This document shows positions 42,437 through 51,253 of a stretch of DNA of 64,000 nucleotides, one piece after another. A program made the translations under genes and the position numbers. The notes below the pieces were generated by a model. The model was given only the letters and a program-made list of their open reading frames with translations. It did no database searches and was not told the origin of the DNA. Each line of letters opens with the position of its first letter. Position 1 is the stretch's first letter. Origin of the DNA: Nitrospirota bacterium (lineage in GTDB: Bacteria > Nitrospirota > UBA9217); NCBI GenBank assembly GCA_963754875.1, contig CAVWHO010000016.1, forward strand, positions 96,001 through 160,000, given 5' to 3'.

Positions 42437-42837
42437 TTTCTTTCCAGGGGTCTGCTTGAAAAATCTGCTTTTTATCCGGCTTTGGTCATGTTTTCAATAC
42501 CATGCCAGTGGCGTCTCAACTCATGTTCGCCATTATACAATTAATTATGTCATAAGAAAATAGATTTTGTCAAAACAATATACAGTTACTTTTTCAAAGA
42601 AGCCACAAGGTATTGCGTAGTGCTCTGACGGCTGTTTATTTTAAGAATAAAATTATAATTTTACGTTGATTTTATTTATATTTAGTGCTACAAAATGCCT
42701 ACATCGAAGCAAATTGGTCCGTCCTCTTGAATACGCCTAAAGATCATGAATGGCTTTACATTTTCACCATACCAGTAAGCCGGCATTACCGTTTGCGACA
42801 AAAGAGGCAATTGCTGCAGTTCAGTCCGGGGGGAAAG

Positions 42838-43092
42838 ATGCATGATATCGGCCGTATATTAAAAGAAAGACGTATGGCTTGTGGTCTCGAAATTGGCGAC
42901 GTGGCAAAAAGGACTTGTATCAGCGCCTATTACGTGAAAGCCATGGAAGAGGGACGCTTTCATATCATTCCGAAAGTGTTCGACAAGGGGTATCTGAAGA
43001 TCTACGCAAACCTCCTCGACATGGAAACGCAGCCGTTACTGACGCTGTATGAACAAAAGAAATGCGTCAAAACGGTTCACGCCGTGGCTTGA
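42838..43092 (+). CDS. RodZ-like XRE helix-turn-helix protein (stand-alone domain)
   Basis: IGRILKERR...VAKRTCI..YVKAMEEGRF..IP...KGYLKIYA..L; no TM. Confidence 0.8.
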   Translation: MHDIGRILKERRMACGLEIGDVAKRTCISAYYVKAMEEGRFHIIPKVFDKGYLKIYANLLDMETQPLLTLYEQKKCVKTVHAVA

Positions 43093-43156
43093 CAGGCGCG
43101 TAACGTAACAGCATTTCCCCGCCGGGAGCCATCTACTCGTTCCCTGAACCGTCCAG

Positions 43157-44836
43157 CTATATTCTCCGTCCTCCCGACCCGCTTTTTCCCTGTTTCCGCT
43201 CAATTTCTCTGCTCCGCAACACGGTCCGCTTGATCTTTCCGCTAACGGTCTTCGGCAGCTCGTCCATGAATTCGATCTCGCGCGGGTACTTGTACGGCGC
43301 GGTCCTGGCCTTCACAAAGTCCTGTATCTCCTGCCCAAGCTTATCGGACGCCCTATGGCCGGGTGCAAGCACGATAAAGGCCTTGATGATCTCGCCGCGG
43401 ACCGGATCAGGGCTTGCGACCACCGCATTTTCCGCCACCGACGGATGCTCCTGGATCACGCTTTCCACCTCGAAGGGGCCGATGCGATAACCGGACGCCT
43501 TGATGATATCGTCTCCCCTGCCCACGAACGTAAAGTACCCTTCCTCATCCATGGTTGCTTTATCACCCGTATTGTACCAGCCGTGCTGAAAGACCTTTTC
43601 GTTCTCTTCCGGATCTTCGAGATAGCTTTCGAATATGCCGACGGGTTTTTTCGGGTTCATCTTGACGCAGATATACCCTGCTTCATGCGCAGGGACCGGT
43701 TTGAAATCCTCGTCCAGAATGTCGATATGCAGGTCCGGCAGAGGCTTTCCCATGGAGCCGGGCTTGACTGGCATAAAGGGATAATTCGCCACGAGCACCG
43801 TGGTCTCGGTCTGGCCATAGCCTTCATGGATAGTCTTGCCGGTAGCTTCTTTCCAGACCTTTATGACCTCCGGATTGAGCGGTTCACCCGCTGACGTGAA
43901 GTGTTTGATCGCCGAGTAGTCATATTTTGTAAGATCTTCAAGGACTAGCATGCGGTATACTGTGGGAGGGCCGCAAAACGCCGTGACGCCCTTGGTTGTC
44001 ATAAGTTCGAGCGTGAGCCTGGCATTGAACCTTCCCTCGGCATTATGGACGAACAATCCCGCTCCGATGATCCACTGTCCATAGAGCCCCCAGGCGGACT
44101 TTGCCCAGCCCGTATCCGATACAACCCATATCAGGTCCCTGTCGGAAAGACTATGCCACAGCCCGGCGGTGCGCAGATGGCCGAGGGGATAAGAGCACAG
44201 ATGGTGCACCATCTTCGGGTACTTGGTTGTGCCGGACGTAAAATAGATAAGGAAGGAGTCATTGGCCGAAGTCGGCTCCACGTCCGACCGCTTCAAGACA
44301 GGAGAGGCCGAGTTCATTGCAGTCTGAAAGTCATGCCAGTCCGCAACATCGCCATCGACAAGCAGCTTATGCCTCAGGAACGGCGCGCTGATCTTGTTGA
44401 CTGCTGCGTCCACTTTGGCGTGATTCGCCTTGTTCGTGATCACGACGTTCGCCTGGCCCTTCCTGACCCGGTATTCGATGTCCGAAGGCAGGAGGATGAC
44501 TGGCGCAGGCATGATGACCGCCCCGAGCTTGTGGCAGGCCACGAGGATGAAGTACCACTCCGGGACGCGGCCCAGCATAATGAAGATCCGGTCGCCTTTT
44601 TTAACGCCGATGCTCTTGAGCGCGTTCGCGGCCTGGTTCGAGAGCCGGGAGATGTCACGGAACGTATACTCTTTTAGGTCTTTGCCGTCCGGCCCTGTCC
44701 AAACAAGTGCCCGCTTTTTTTCATCTTCGGCATGCTTGTCGATCACGTCGAAGCCGAAGTTGAATTGTTCGGGTACGGTGATAGAGAACGTTTTTTTTGC
44801 CGACTCGAAGTCTTTTGCATCAAAGGATAACGCCAT
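43157..44836 (-). CDS. Acyl-CoA synthetase (AMP-forming, medium-chain ACSM-like)
   Basis: YFTSGTTKYPK, SAGEPLNP, EGYGQTET, YNTGD, GRGDDIIKASGYRIGPFEVE, LPKTVSGKI. Confidence 0.93.
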   Translation of the reverse strand: MALSFDAKDFESAKKTFSITVPEQFNFGFDVIDKHAEDEKKRALVWTGPDGKDLKEYTFRDISRLSNQAANALKSIGVKKGDRIFIMLGRVPEWYFILVACHKLGAVIMPAPVILLPSDIEYRVRKGQANVVITNKANHAKVDAAVNKISAPFLRHKLLVDGDVADWHDFQTAMNSASPVLKRSDVEPTSANDSFLIYFTSGTTKYPKMVHHLCSYPLGHLRTAGLWHSLSDRDLIWVVSDTGWAKSAWGLYGQWIIGAGLFVHNAEGRFNARLTLELMTTKGVTAFCGPPTVYRMLVLEDLTKYDYSAIKHFTSAGEPLNPEVIKVWKEATGKTIHEGYGQTETTVLVANYPFMPVKPGSMGKPLPDLHIDILDEDFKPVPAHEAGYICVKMNPKKPVGIFESYLEDPEENEKVFQHGWYNTGDKATMDEEGYFTFVGRGDDIIKASGYRIGPFEVESVIQEHPSVAENAVVASPDPVRGEIIKAFIVLAPGHRASDKLGQEIQDFVKARTAPYKYPREIEFMDELPKTVSGKIKRTVLRSREIERKQGKSGSGGRRI

Positions 44837-44940
44837 AGCCCCCCCAAAAAATAAATTATGAATAGCTGGTATGAACGCCGGTGACAGCGTTCCTGCCGTG
44901 CCTCAAAATCCGAAACCTGCTGCCCACAATGCCGAATGCT

Positions 44941-46143
44941 TCAATCGACGACTTTGTTCGTCTCCCGCAGCCGCTCGGCCATTTCGCGCAGTATCTCGAC
45001 AACGAACTCGGGAAATTCGTTCATGAGGTTGCTGATATTCTCGTTGTTGATGATGACCAGTTCGACATCTTCAAGCGCCACGGCCCGAGCCACCCGGGAG
45101 GACGAGAGGAGGAACGACATGCCGCCGAAGCATCTTCCCGAGGTGATGACGGCGATCTCCTTCTCGCCTTTCATAATCGCCACTTTGCCCCTCAGCACGG
45201 AGAACATCTCATCTCCCCGGTCTCCCTCGGCAAAGATCGTGCTTCCTTGATTATACGTCACGACGTATTTGCCGATCACCCCTGCGGGGACGTTCCTCTT
45301 GCCTTCCATCAGTTTCTTAAGGTAGACGGTCTCGTCCCTCCCCAGGCTCGCGGCGATTTCCGCGCCGAAGAGTAGTGCGAGCAGGGAGAAATAGATCCAG
45401 ATAATGACGACGAACAGCGACTTGAACGACCCGAAGGCAAAACCGTAGCCGGGATTGTACATGAGAAAAAGATGGAATGCAGGCCGCATCGTAAACCACA
45501 GGAGCGATGTGCTCAGAGAGCCGATCAGGAGGTGGAACAGCCGCATCCGCTTCGAAAACATATAATAGAGCGAAAAGACGATTGCGGTCACAAAGAGAAC
45601 AGGCCCGACTCTTTCGAAATAGGTCAAGGTCAGGTGCAAATGGTTCCTGCGCTCAATCAGCGTGAATAGAATGCCCGCTATGGCGATGGCAGACAAACCC
45701 AGGAGAAAAACGATGCTGATTGCCACGTCGAAGAGCTTTTCCAGAAGAAAAGGCCTGGTCGGTTTCTTCCGGAAGATTGTCCCGAGCGATATGCGCAAGT
45801 CAGCTATCAACGGCGTGACGCTCCAGAGCAGCACGAGTCCGTTCACGACGCTGATGGCGCCCACGTGGGAAGAGATGAATTGTACTTCGCGGAGGATGTC
45901 CTGGCTGTACGCGGGGATCACCTGCGTGAGCATGTCCTGTGTCTTCGCCAGCACCCGGCCGGACGACCCGATCACGGCGCCGAGTACAAAGGTGAGCAGA
46001 AAGAGCGACGGGATGAGCGCAAGCGTCGCGGAAAAGGCGAGAGACGATGCCAAGGACAGATCGTTGTTCCTCTGGAAGGATGAGAAGGTTTCAAACAAGA
46101 CAATCTTGATTTTTTTTAAACCGTCTCCGGCGATATTCGTCAT
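44941..46143 (-). CDS. YihY/BrkB-family membrane protein fused to a cyclic-nucleotide-binding domain
   Basis: ASSLAFS..LALIP, YGFAFGSF..IIWIY..LLFGAE; then IFAEGDRGDEMF..LRGKV...FGGMS..SRVARAVA. Confidence 0.85.
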   Translation of the reverse strand: MTNIAGDGLKKIKIVLFETFSSFQRNNDLSLASSLAFSATLALIPSLFLLTFVLGAVIGSSGRVLAKTQDMLTQVIPAYSQDILREVQFISSHVGAISVVNGLVLLWSVTPLIADLRISLGTIFRKKPTRPFLLEKLFDVAISIVFLLGLSAIAIAGILFTLIERRNHLHLTLTYFERVGPVLFVTAIVFSLYYMFSKRMRLFHLLIGSLSTSLLWFTMRPAFHLFLMYNPGYGFAFGSFKSLFVVIIWIYFSLLALLFGAEIAASLGRDETVYLKKLMEGKRNVPAGVIGKYVVTYNQGSTIFAEGDRGDEMFSVLRGKVAIMKGEKEIAVITSGRCFGGMSFLLSSSRVARAVALEDVELVIINNENISNLMNEFPEFVVEILREMAERLRETNKVVD

Positions 46144-46330
46144 AGCTCCTCAGGAAGAACCGGCTGCCGGTCTTCGAGATGTCGTAACATCAGAATCAAG
46201 TAGAGGCCATTATAGTGGGTTATTTGAGAAATATCAAGATTCTCCCGCTCGGAGGAGAATCGCCGGACATCCGTCTCCCCTGCCACCCAGAAGGCATTGC
46301 GTGGCAATTGGGGCCAAGCAGGATTTCTCC

Positions 46331-49300
46331 TTAAGCGGCCGTTCCTGTGTCCGCTTTCAGCTGGAAACAGAGGCCTGAGAACACAAGGCCGTTTGCTCCG
46401 TCAATGCTGATCGATGATCCTTCCCGTATGTGCGTAGGCCCGATTATCCCATACGCTCCTTGATCATCGCCTTCTATTTTCAAATCCGCACAAGACACAA
46501 CTGCCGAGATGCCAAATTTTTGCGCAAGAACGGCCGCGTGCGACGTGACCCCGCCTTCTGCCGTGACAATGCCCTTGATGGACGGCATGAGGGAAATATC
46601 GTCCGTGTTCGCTGTCTCGCGTAGCAGGATAACCGGTAAACCGGTTTTCTTTTTCAGCATCTCGATGTGATCGCGCGATGCAGCAAACGATGCCACACCG
46701 CTCAGCGCTCCCCCACTTGCACCGATGCCGCGTCCGATCACCTGTGACTCCATGCCGCAGATCTCGTCAAATTTCTGAAAGAATGTCTCACCCAGCTCCA
46801 TTCGCCGTGTCTGGAGAACAGAAAGAAGGTATCCGCCGCTTGTGTCCCGGGTGTAGGTCGCCTCCACTTCCTGCGGAAGACCACTAAAAGCATCCTCGAC
46901 CGAACGGGCGGCGTTCTGGTACTGACGAAAGAGTGCAGGATCAATTTCTTCCACGCTTGTTTGTCCCGCTGCCGCCTGCGCTCGCGACAGCGGCCGGCCG
47001 TTTTTTCTGCCGGAAGCAAGATCATCGCCGCTGGCATTTTCCTGCGTCTCACCAAAAACGTCTTGCACGAGCGTATGAGGGTTTCTGGTGAAGAAAACGG
47101 CAGCACCTGCTCCTGTCTCGTTGCCGGAAACCATCTCCATCAATGTCACCGATGTGCCCCACTCATCTGACGTCCCGGTTGCGTTGCGAAACTGCCTGGC
47201 ACGGTCGCTGTACCATGAGGCATAGACAGCGCGGGCACAGAGCCTCAGCTGTTCGTAGACATCGGAAGGTATCGTTATGCCTCTCGATCCGAGCCGCGAA
47301 AGATACTGACCCACGATCGATTTCAGATGCGGGGGGGCCTGCATTTCCTCCGGACGGGAGGAAGTGACGCTCCAATAGTCTTTCTTGATCTGTTCAAAAA
47401 AATCTCTCTCCAGCCCCAGTACTGACGCGCCAAAATGCTCGATGAATTTCCGGTAGGAGTCCCAGCCCAGCCCTGGGTTCTCGGTCGTCTGTATGAACGC
47501 TTCCAGCGTTTCCTCGTTCATGCCGCAGTAAAGAATTGAGGACAAAATACCGGGCATGGACGGGTACGAGCCGCTTCGCACGGAAAGAAAAAGCGGCCTG
47601 CTGGTCCCGCCAAACGACTTATGTGTTCCCGCTTCAATCACGCTCACGGCTTGTTTGAGTATGTCCATAAACTCTCTTTGAGAGGTAAAAAGATCATAGC
47701 TCTTCGTATGACGCGCAGGCAGAGCCGCTCCGGCGGGTACGGTGAGCCCGTTGTCTCTGAGGTAAACAAGATTTTTTGCTTTGCTGCCCAAGTCCGGCGC
47801 CGACCTCCTTGCATCCTTGAGACTGATCGAATTGATGTCGTAAATGTCCCGGTTTGGAAACACCTCTTTGACCTCACGAACGCTGTCATTGTTGGATCGT
47901 GCATGTGAAGAGAGCGCGTTCTCCAGCGCTGCCAGAAGCCGGTCAGTCTCGACAAGGCCGGGGATGTTGCTGAAGATGTCGCGCATGACGACATCTGCGG
48001 CCTTGTCCCTAAAATCCGGCGAACCGGCGTCCAGGCTCATGAGATGCTCGGGGAGATCGTCATGAGGAAATTTCCCGAGGACCTCCCTGAGCGGCTCGTG
48101 AAAGGTCTTGGTGAGCGATGACACCATCCATGCCAGTTCCTTCTGCCACATCTTAAGGATGTCGCTAATCTGCGAAAGATGAAGCCGATTGTGTTCCAAG
48201 ACTTCCACATACTCGTCAACGAGTACGTTCTGCAAACCGAATACTTTCAGGATTTCCCATGCTGCGGAAAGCGCAGCGAGCCAATTTTGAAGATCAATTT
48301 GTTCCGCTGCGGGTCCCCTTTTTTCAATTTCAGAAATAATCGACTCTAAGAGAACAGGGACATCTTCAGCGCGCGCCATCATCTCTTTCAAGGCATCGAA
48401 TTTAGCCTCATGGTACGTCCCAAGCACCGAGGGGATGCCGAATGCAATATGACGCTTGAAATACAGGGATTCCTGTGGTTCCGTCTTTTCCAAGGACAGC
48501 ACGACGAGTTTTCGCTCGCGAAGCTCGGCAAGTGCAGTGTGCAGGAGGCCATGGACATCGCCGACTGCCGCATCCCTGCTCAGCAAGGAGTACTTTCTCA
48601 CGACTTCCTTGTACAATTTGCACAAGAGCCTCACTTTCTCTTGCGCCTCAGCATCGCCGTCATCTGCCTTTCGGAGCTCGGCGTCTATCGCTTCATCGGG
48701 GATCGACAGGAGCCTGTCCAGATGCAGTCCTCCTGCGTCCTTTACTCCTGATGCAGAAAAATAGCGGTCGATTACTGAAGCATATCTCGCCATGAGAAGC
48801 GGATTTGTCTGAACATAGATATCCGACGGCACGACTTCCTTCAGGACCGAAGGATCATTCTGGGTCCACGATCGCAGAACAGAGTCGATCAACCGGATGT
48901 TATGACTGCTCGCGTTCACATGGACCTGTTTGCGGACAAAATAGATGACAGCGTCATTTCCCCAGGAGTCGATCTCCGTGGAATAATCCCGGAGCCTGTT
49001 TGTTGCGCCCACTTCGTTGAAATATACGGGAAACCGTTCCAGCAACAGGTAATGGAGAAGAAACTGTTCCTTCATTGCTGAAGAGTTCAAATAGGCCGAT
49101 ACCTGCCGCTGGAACAGCCGGTCATCGGGGATCAGCACGCTGCTCACTGCCAGGTTTGCTATCACGTGTATGAGGACACTTGTAAGCTGATCGTCTCTTA
49201 TCATGAGAAGTTCCATGAATTTGTTCAGTCGTTCGAGATGCAGCGGGTTTACGATTTCCGCCCACGTCTCAGGCGATATTTCCTGCACTCGTGCGGCAGG

Positions 49301-50728
49301 GATGGTGATCTGTTGTAAATCGAGAATGTACTGTGTGATGAGCGCGTCCTGGCCGGAATTTAGTACTGGTCGTGCAAAGCGGGGATCGAGCATGATCTGG
49401 TCATAGAGGGCCGGTCCCACATCCCGCATTCTGCGCAGAAGAAGAGCGCATACATCGGGCCGGCCATTGGCGATGAGCCTCTTTATGATCCAGGGAGTCT
49501 TCATTTTCAAGGATGCCAAAGCCCGGTCGGACAATTGGTGAGCGGAAGAAAGATAAACTGTCATGGCCTCGGCAAACGTATCGGCTGATGCCGGCGTCAG
49601 GTCCTTCTCCGCTATGTCAAAGAACACGGAGACGGATTTTTCGTCGTCGAGAATATCGAAGTCAATATCTTTGATTATCTCAAGCACCTGGTCTATCTTC
49701 CCCTGCTTTAGCCATTGCCCGGCCTCTGCCAGCTTCTGCGTCATCCGAAGTTGTCCCCGCTCTCCAAAGAGCGACAAGAACCTGCGATCCTCCGCTGAAA
49801 TGAAAATACTAAGAGCAGACAGGAGCCGGCTGCTAAAGACCGTCAACGAAGCGTTCTTTTTCGCGAGCGATCCGATGAGCGACGACAAGACCCCCCTCGT
49901 GTCGATCTCAGGAAGTTTCTTGTGGAGGTCTTGCAGCAAGGCCACGGTGCGCTTTGCCTGCGAAGAAAGGTCGACTGAAGATCGGGAGAGCGCCCCTATC
50001 CATGTCGCGGCAAGAGATTGCAAGCGCACGGAATCGCGCTCCTGTTCGAGCGGCAGCTCCAGGAGGTCGAAATAGTTGGAAACGGTTTTACTCGCGTCTG
50101 TGCTGCTTGCGCGTTCGGCAGCCTGGAGTGCAAAATGGGTGAGGATGTCGAAAGCCCGGGCAAAGCCTTCCAAAGCACTCCAATAAAAATCAATGGAAAA
50201 TCCGTTTAACGCCTCGGAAAAAGCGGCCCAATTCTTCTTCGTGGAATGGATCTGCGAGACGATTTCCTCTGCTTTCTGCAAGAGCCCGACCTTGCCGCGC
50301 AAAGGCGCCGTTAACTTCGTAAGATCAAAAGAGGCGAGCTCTTCCGAAAGTTCGACAGCAGATAGGTAGAAACCGCCGGCAGTTTCTTTCTTTAATACAA
50401 ACGTTCCGATATGTCTGCCGGACTGGATAATATCGATTTGCAAATACCGCGCTTCGGCAATGCGACTGCTCTCAGCCAAGAATTCGAAATACCCCTGCTG
50501 GAGATCAACGCGCGAAAGCTCCACGCCGCTCTTATTCAGTGAAGCCTCATAATTTCCAGGGGGCATGGCGAGGACCGCTCCTTTGACCATTGTAGTTGCG
50601 CCGCTGTCGGTTATACAGAAATCTTTAACTACCAGTGATTTGATGACTCCCTTATACGCCGTAGCGAGCGTTCCGACGAGGTAGTTCAAATGACAGATAT
50701 CCTGAGTTGTGTGGGTAACATTTATCAT
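46331..50728 (-). CDS. Large PPDK-like dikinase: ~980-aa unknown N-terminus + ATP-grasp domain + phospho-His swivel domain
   Basis: LGSKAKNL, LSVRSGS..SMPG, FTRNP, VLQTR, GGVTSHAAV; ends right after the swivel domain with no pyruvate-binding barrel. Confidence 0.85.
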   Translation of the reverse strand: MINVTHTTQDICHLNYLVGTLATAYKGVIKSLVVKDFCITDSGATTMVKGAVLAMPPGNYEASLNKSGVELSRVDLQQGYFEFLAESSRIAEARYLQIDIIQSGRHIGTFVLKKETAGGFYLSAVELSEELASFDLTKLTAPLRGKVGLLQKAEEIVSQIHSTKKNWAAFSEALNGFSIDFYWSALEGFARAFDILTHFALQAAERASSTDASKTVSNYFDLLELPLEQERDSVRLQSLAATWIGALSRSSVDLSSQAKRTVALLQDLHKKLPEIDTRGVLSSLIGSLAKKNASLTVFSSRLLSALSIFISAEDRRFLSLFGERGQLRMTQKLAEAGQWLKQGKIDQVLEIIKDIDFDILDDEKSVSVFFDIAEKDLTPASADTFAEAMTVYLSSAHQLSDRALASLKMKTPWIIKRLIANGRPDVCALLLRRMRDVGPALYDQIMLDPRFARPVLNSGQDALITQYILDLQQITIPAARVQEISPETWAEIVNPLHLERLNKFMELLMIRDDQLTSVLIHVIANLAVSSVLIPDDRLFQRQVSAYLNSSAMKEQFLLHYLLLERFPVYFNEVGATNRLRDYSTEIDSWGNDAVIYFVRKQVHVNASSHNIRLIDSVLRSWTQNDPSVLKEVVPSDIYVQTNPLLMARYASVIDRYFSASGVKDAGGLHLDRLLSIPDEAIDAELRKADDGDAEAQEKVRLLCKLYKEVVRKYSLLSRDAAVGDVHGLLHTALAELRERKLVVLSLEKTEPQESLYFKRHIAFGIPSVLGTYHEAKFDALKEMMARAEDVPVLLESIISEIEKRGPAAEQIDLQNWLAALSAAWEILKVFGLQNVLVDEYVEVLEHNRLHLSQISDILKMWQKELAWMVSSLTKTFHEPLREVLGKFPHDDLPEHLMSLDAGSPDFRDKAADVVMRDIFSNIPGLVETDRLLAALENALSSHARSNNDSVREVKEVFPNRDIYDINSISLKDARRSAPDLGSKAKNLVYLRDNGLTVPAGAALPARHTKSYDLFTSQREFMDILKQAVSVIEAGTHKSFGGTSRPLFLSVRSGSYPSMPGILSSILYCGMNEETLEAFIQTTENPGLGWDSYRKFIEHFGASVLGLERDFFEQIKKDYWSVTSSRPEEMQAPPHLKSIVGQYLSRLGSRGITIPSDVYEQLRLCARAVYASWYSDRARQFRNATGTSDEWGTSVTLMEMVSGNETGAGAAVFFTRNPHTLVQDVFGETQENASGDDLASGRKNGRPLSRAQAAAGQTSVEEIDPALFRQYQNAARSVEDAFSGLPQEVEATYTRDTSGGYLLSVLQTRRMELGETFFQKFDEICGMESQVIGRGIGASGGALSGVASFAASRDHIEMLKKKTGLPVILLRETANTDDISLMPSIKGIVTAEGGVTSHAAVLAQKFGISAVVSCADLKIEGDDQGAYGIIGPTHIREGSSISIDGANGLVFSGLCFQLKADTGTAA

Positions 50729-51253
50729 AGCTTCACGATCCTTGAAACGACCCTCAATGTCACTTCTGATTGATCAAGGTCTAGGTCGTTCGTTGCGATC
50801 ATGCAGGTTCAACCCTGCTTCAAAAAAGGGCACTATTCTCTATTACTAGGATAGCACCGGAGAAATGAAACCTGGAATACTGACTAGTACAGGCAGGAAA
50901 AAGTATTACAAAAACGGACCTATTTCTGATCTTGGCTGCTAAAATATGTTTGAGATACTGTCGTTCGCCAGGATAATCCGTATGTTGCCAACCAGGGGGG
51001 AGCGTTGCGCAAACATGATGCAATGAAAAGAGCTGGAGATGTGCCTAATTGAAGGCGACGGCAAATAAAAAGAGGGGGCGCAAAAAAAGAGGTTTAAATT
51101 AAAATCTCTCAACGGGCAACTGTCGTTTACACGAAATTACTGTATCATAGTAAATGTTAAGTGTGTCCAATCCTCAAACCCGCAGTTGTCTTCATAAATT
51201 TCTCCTTTGACGAGCGATTATACCATTTTGGGGCTAATAATGGAGATCGGCAC

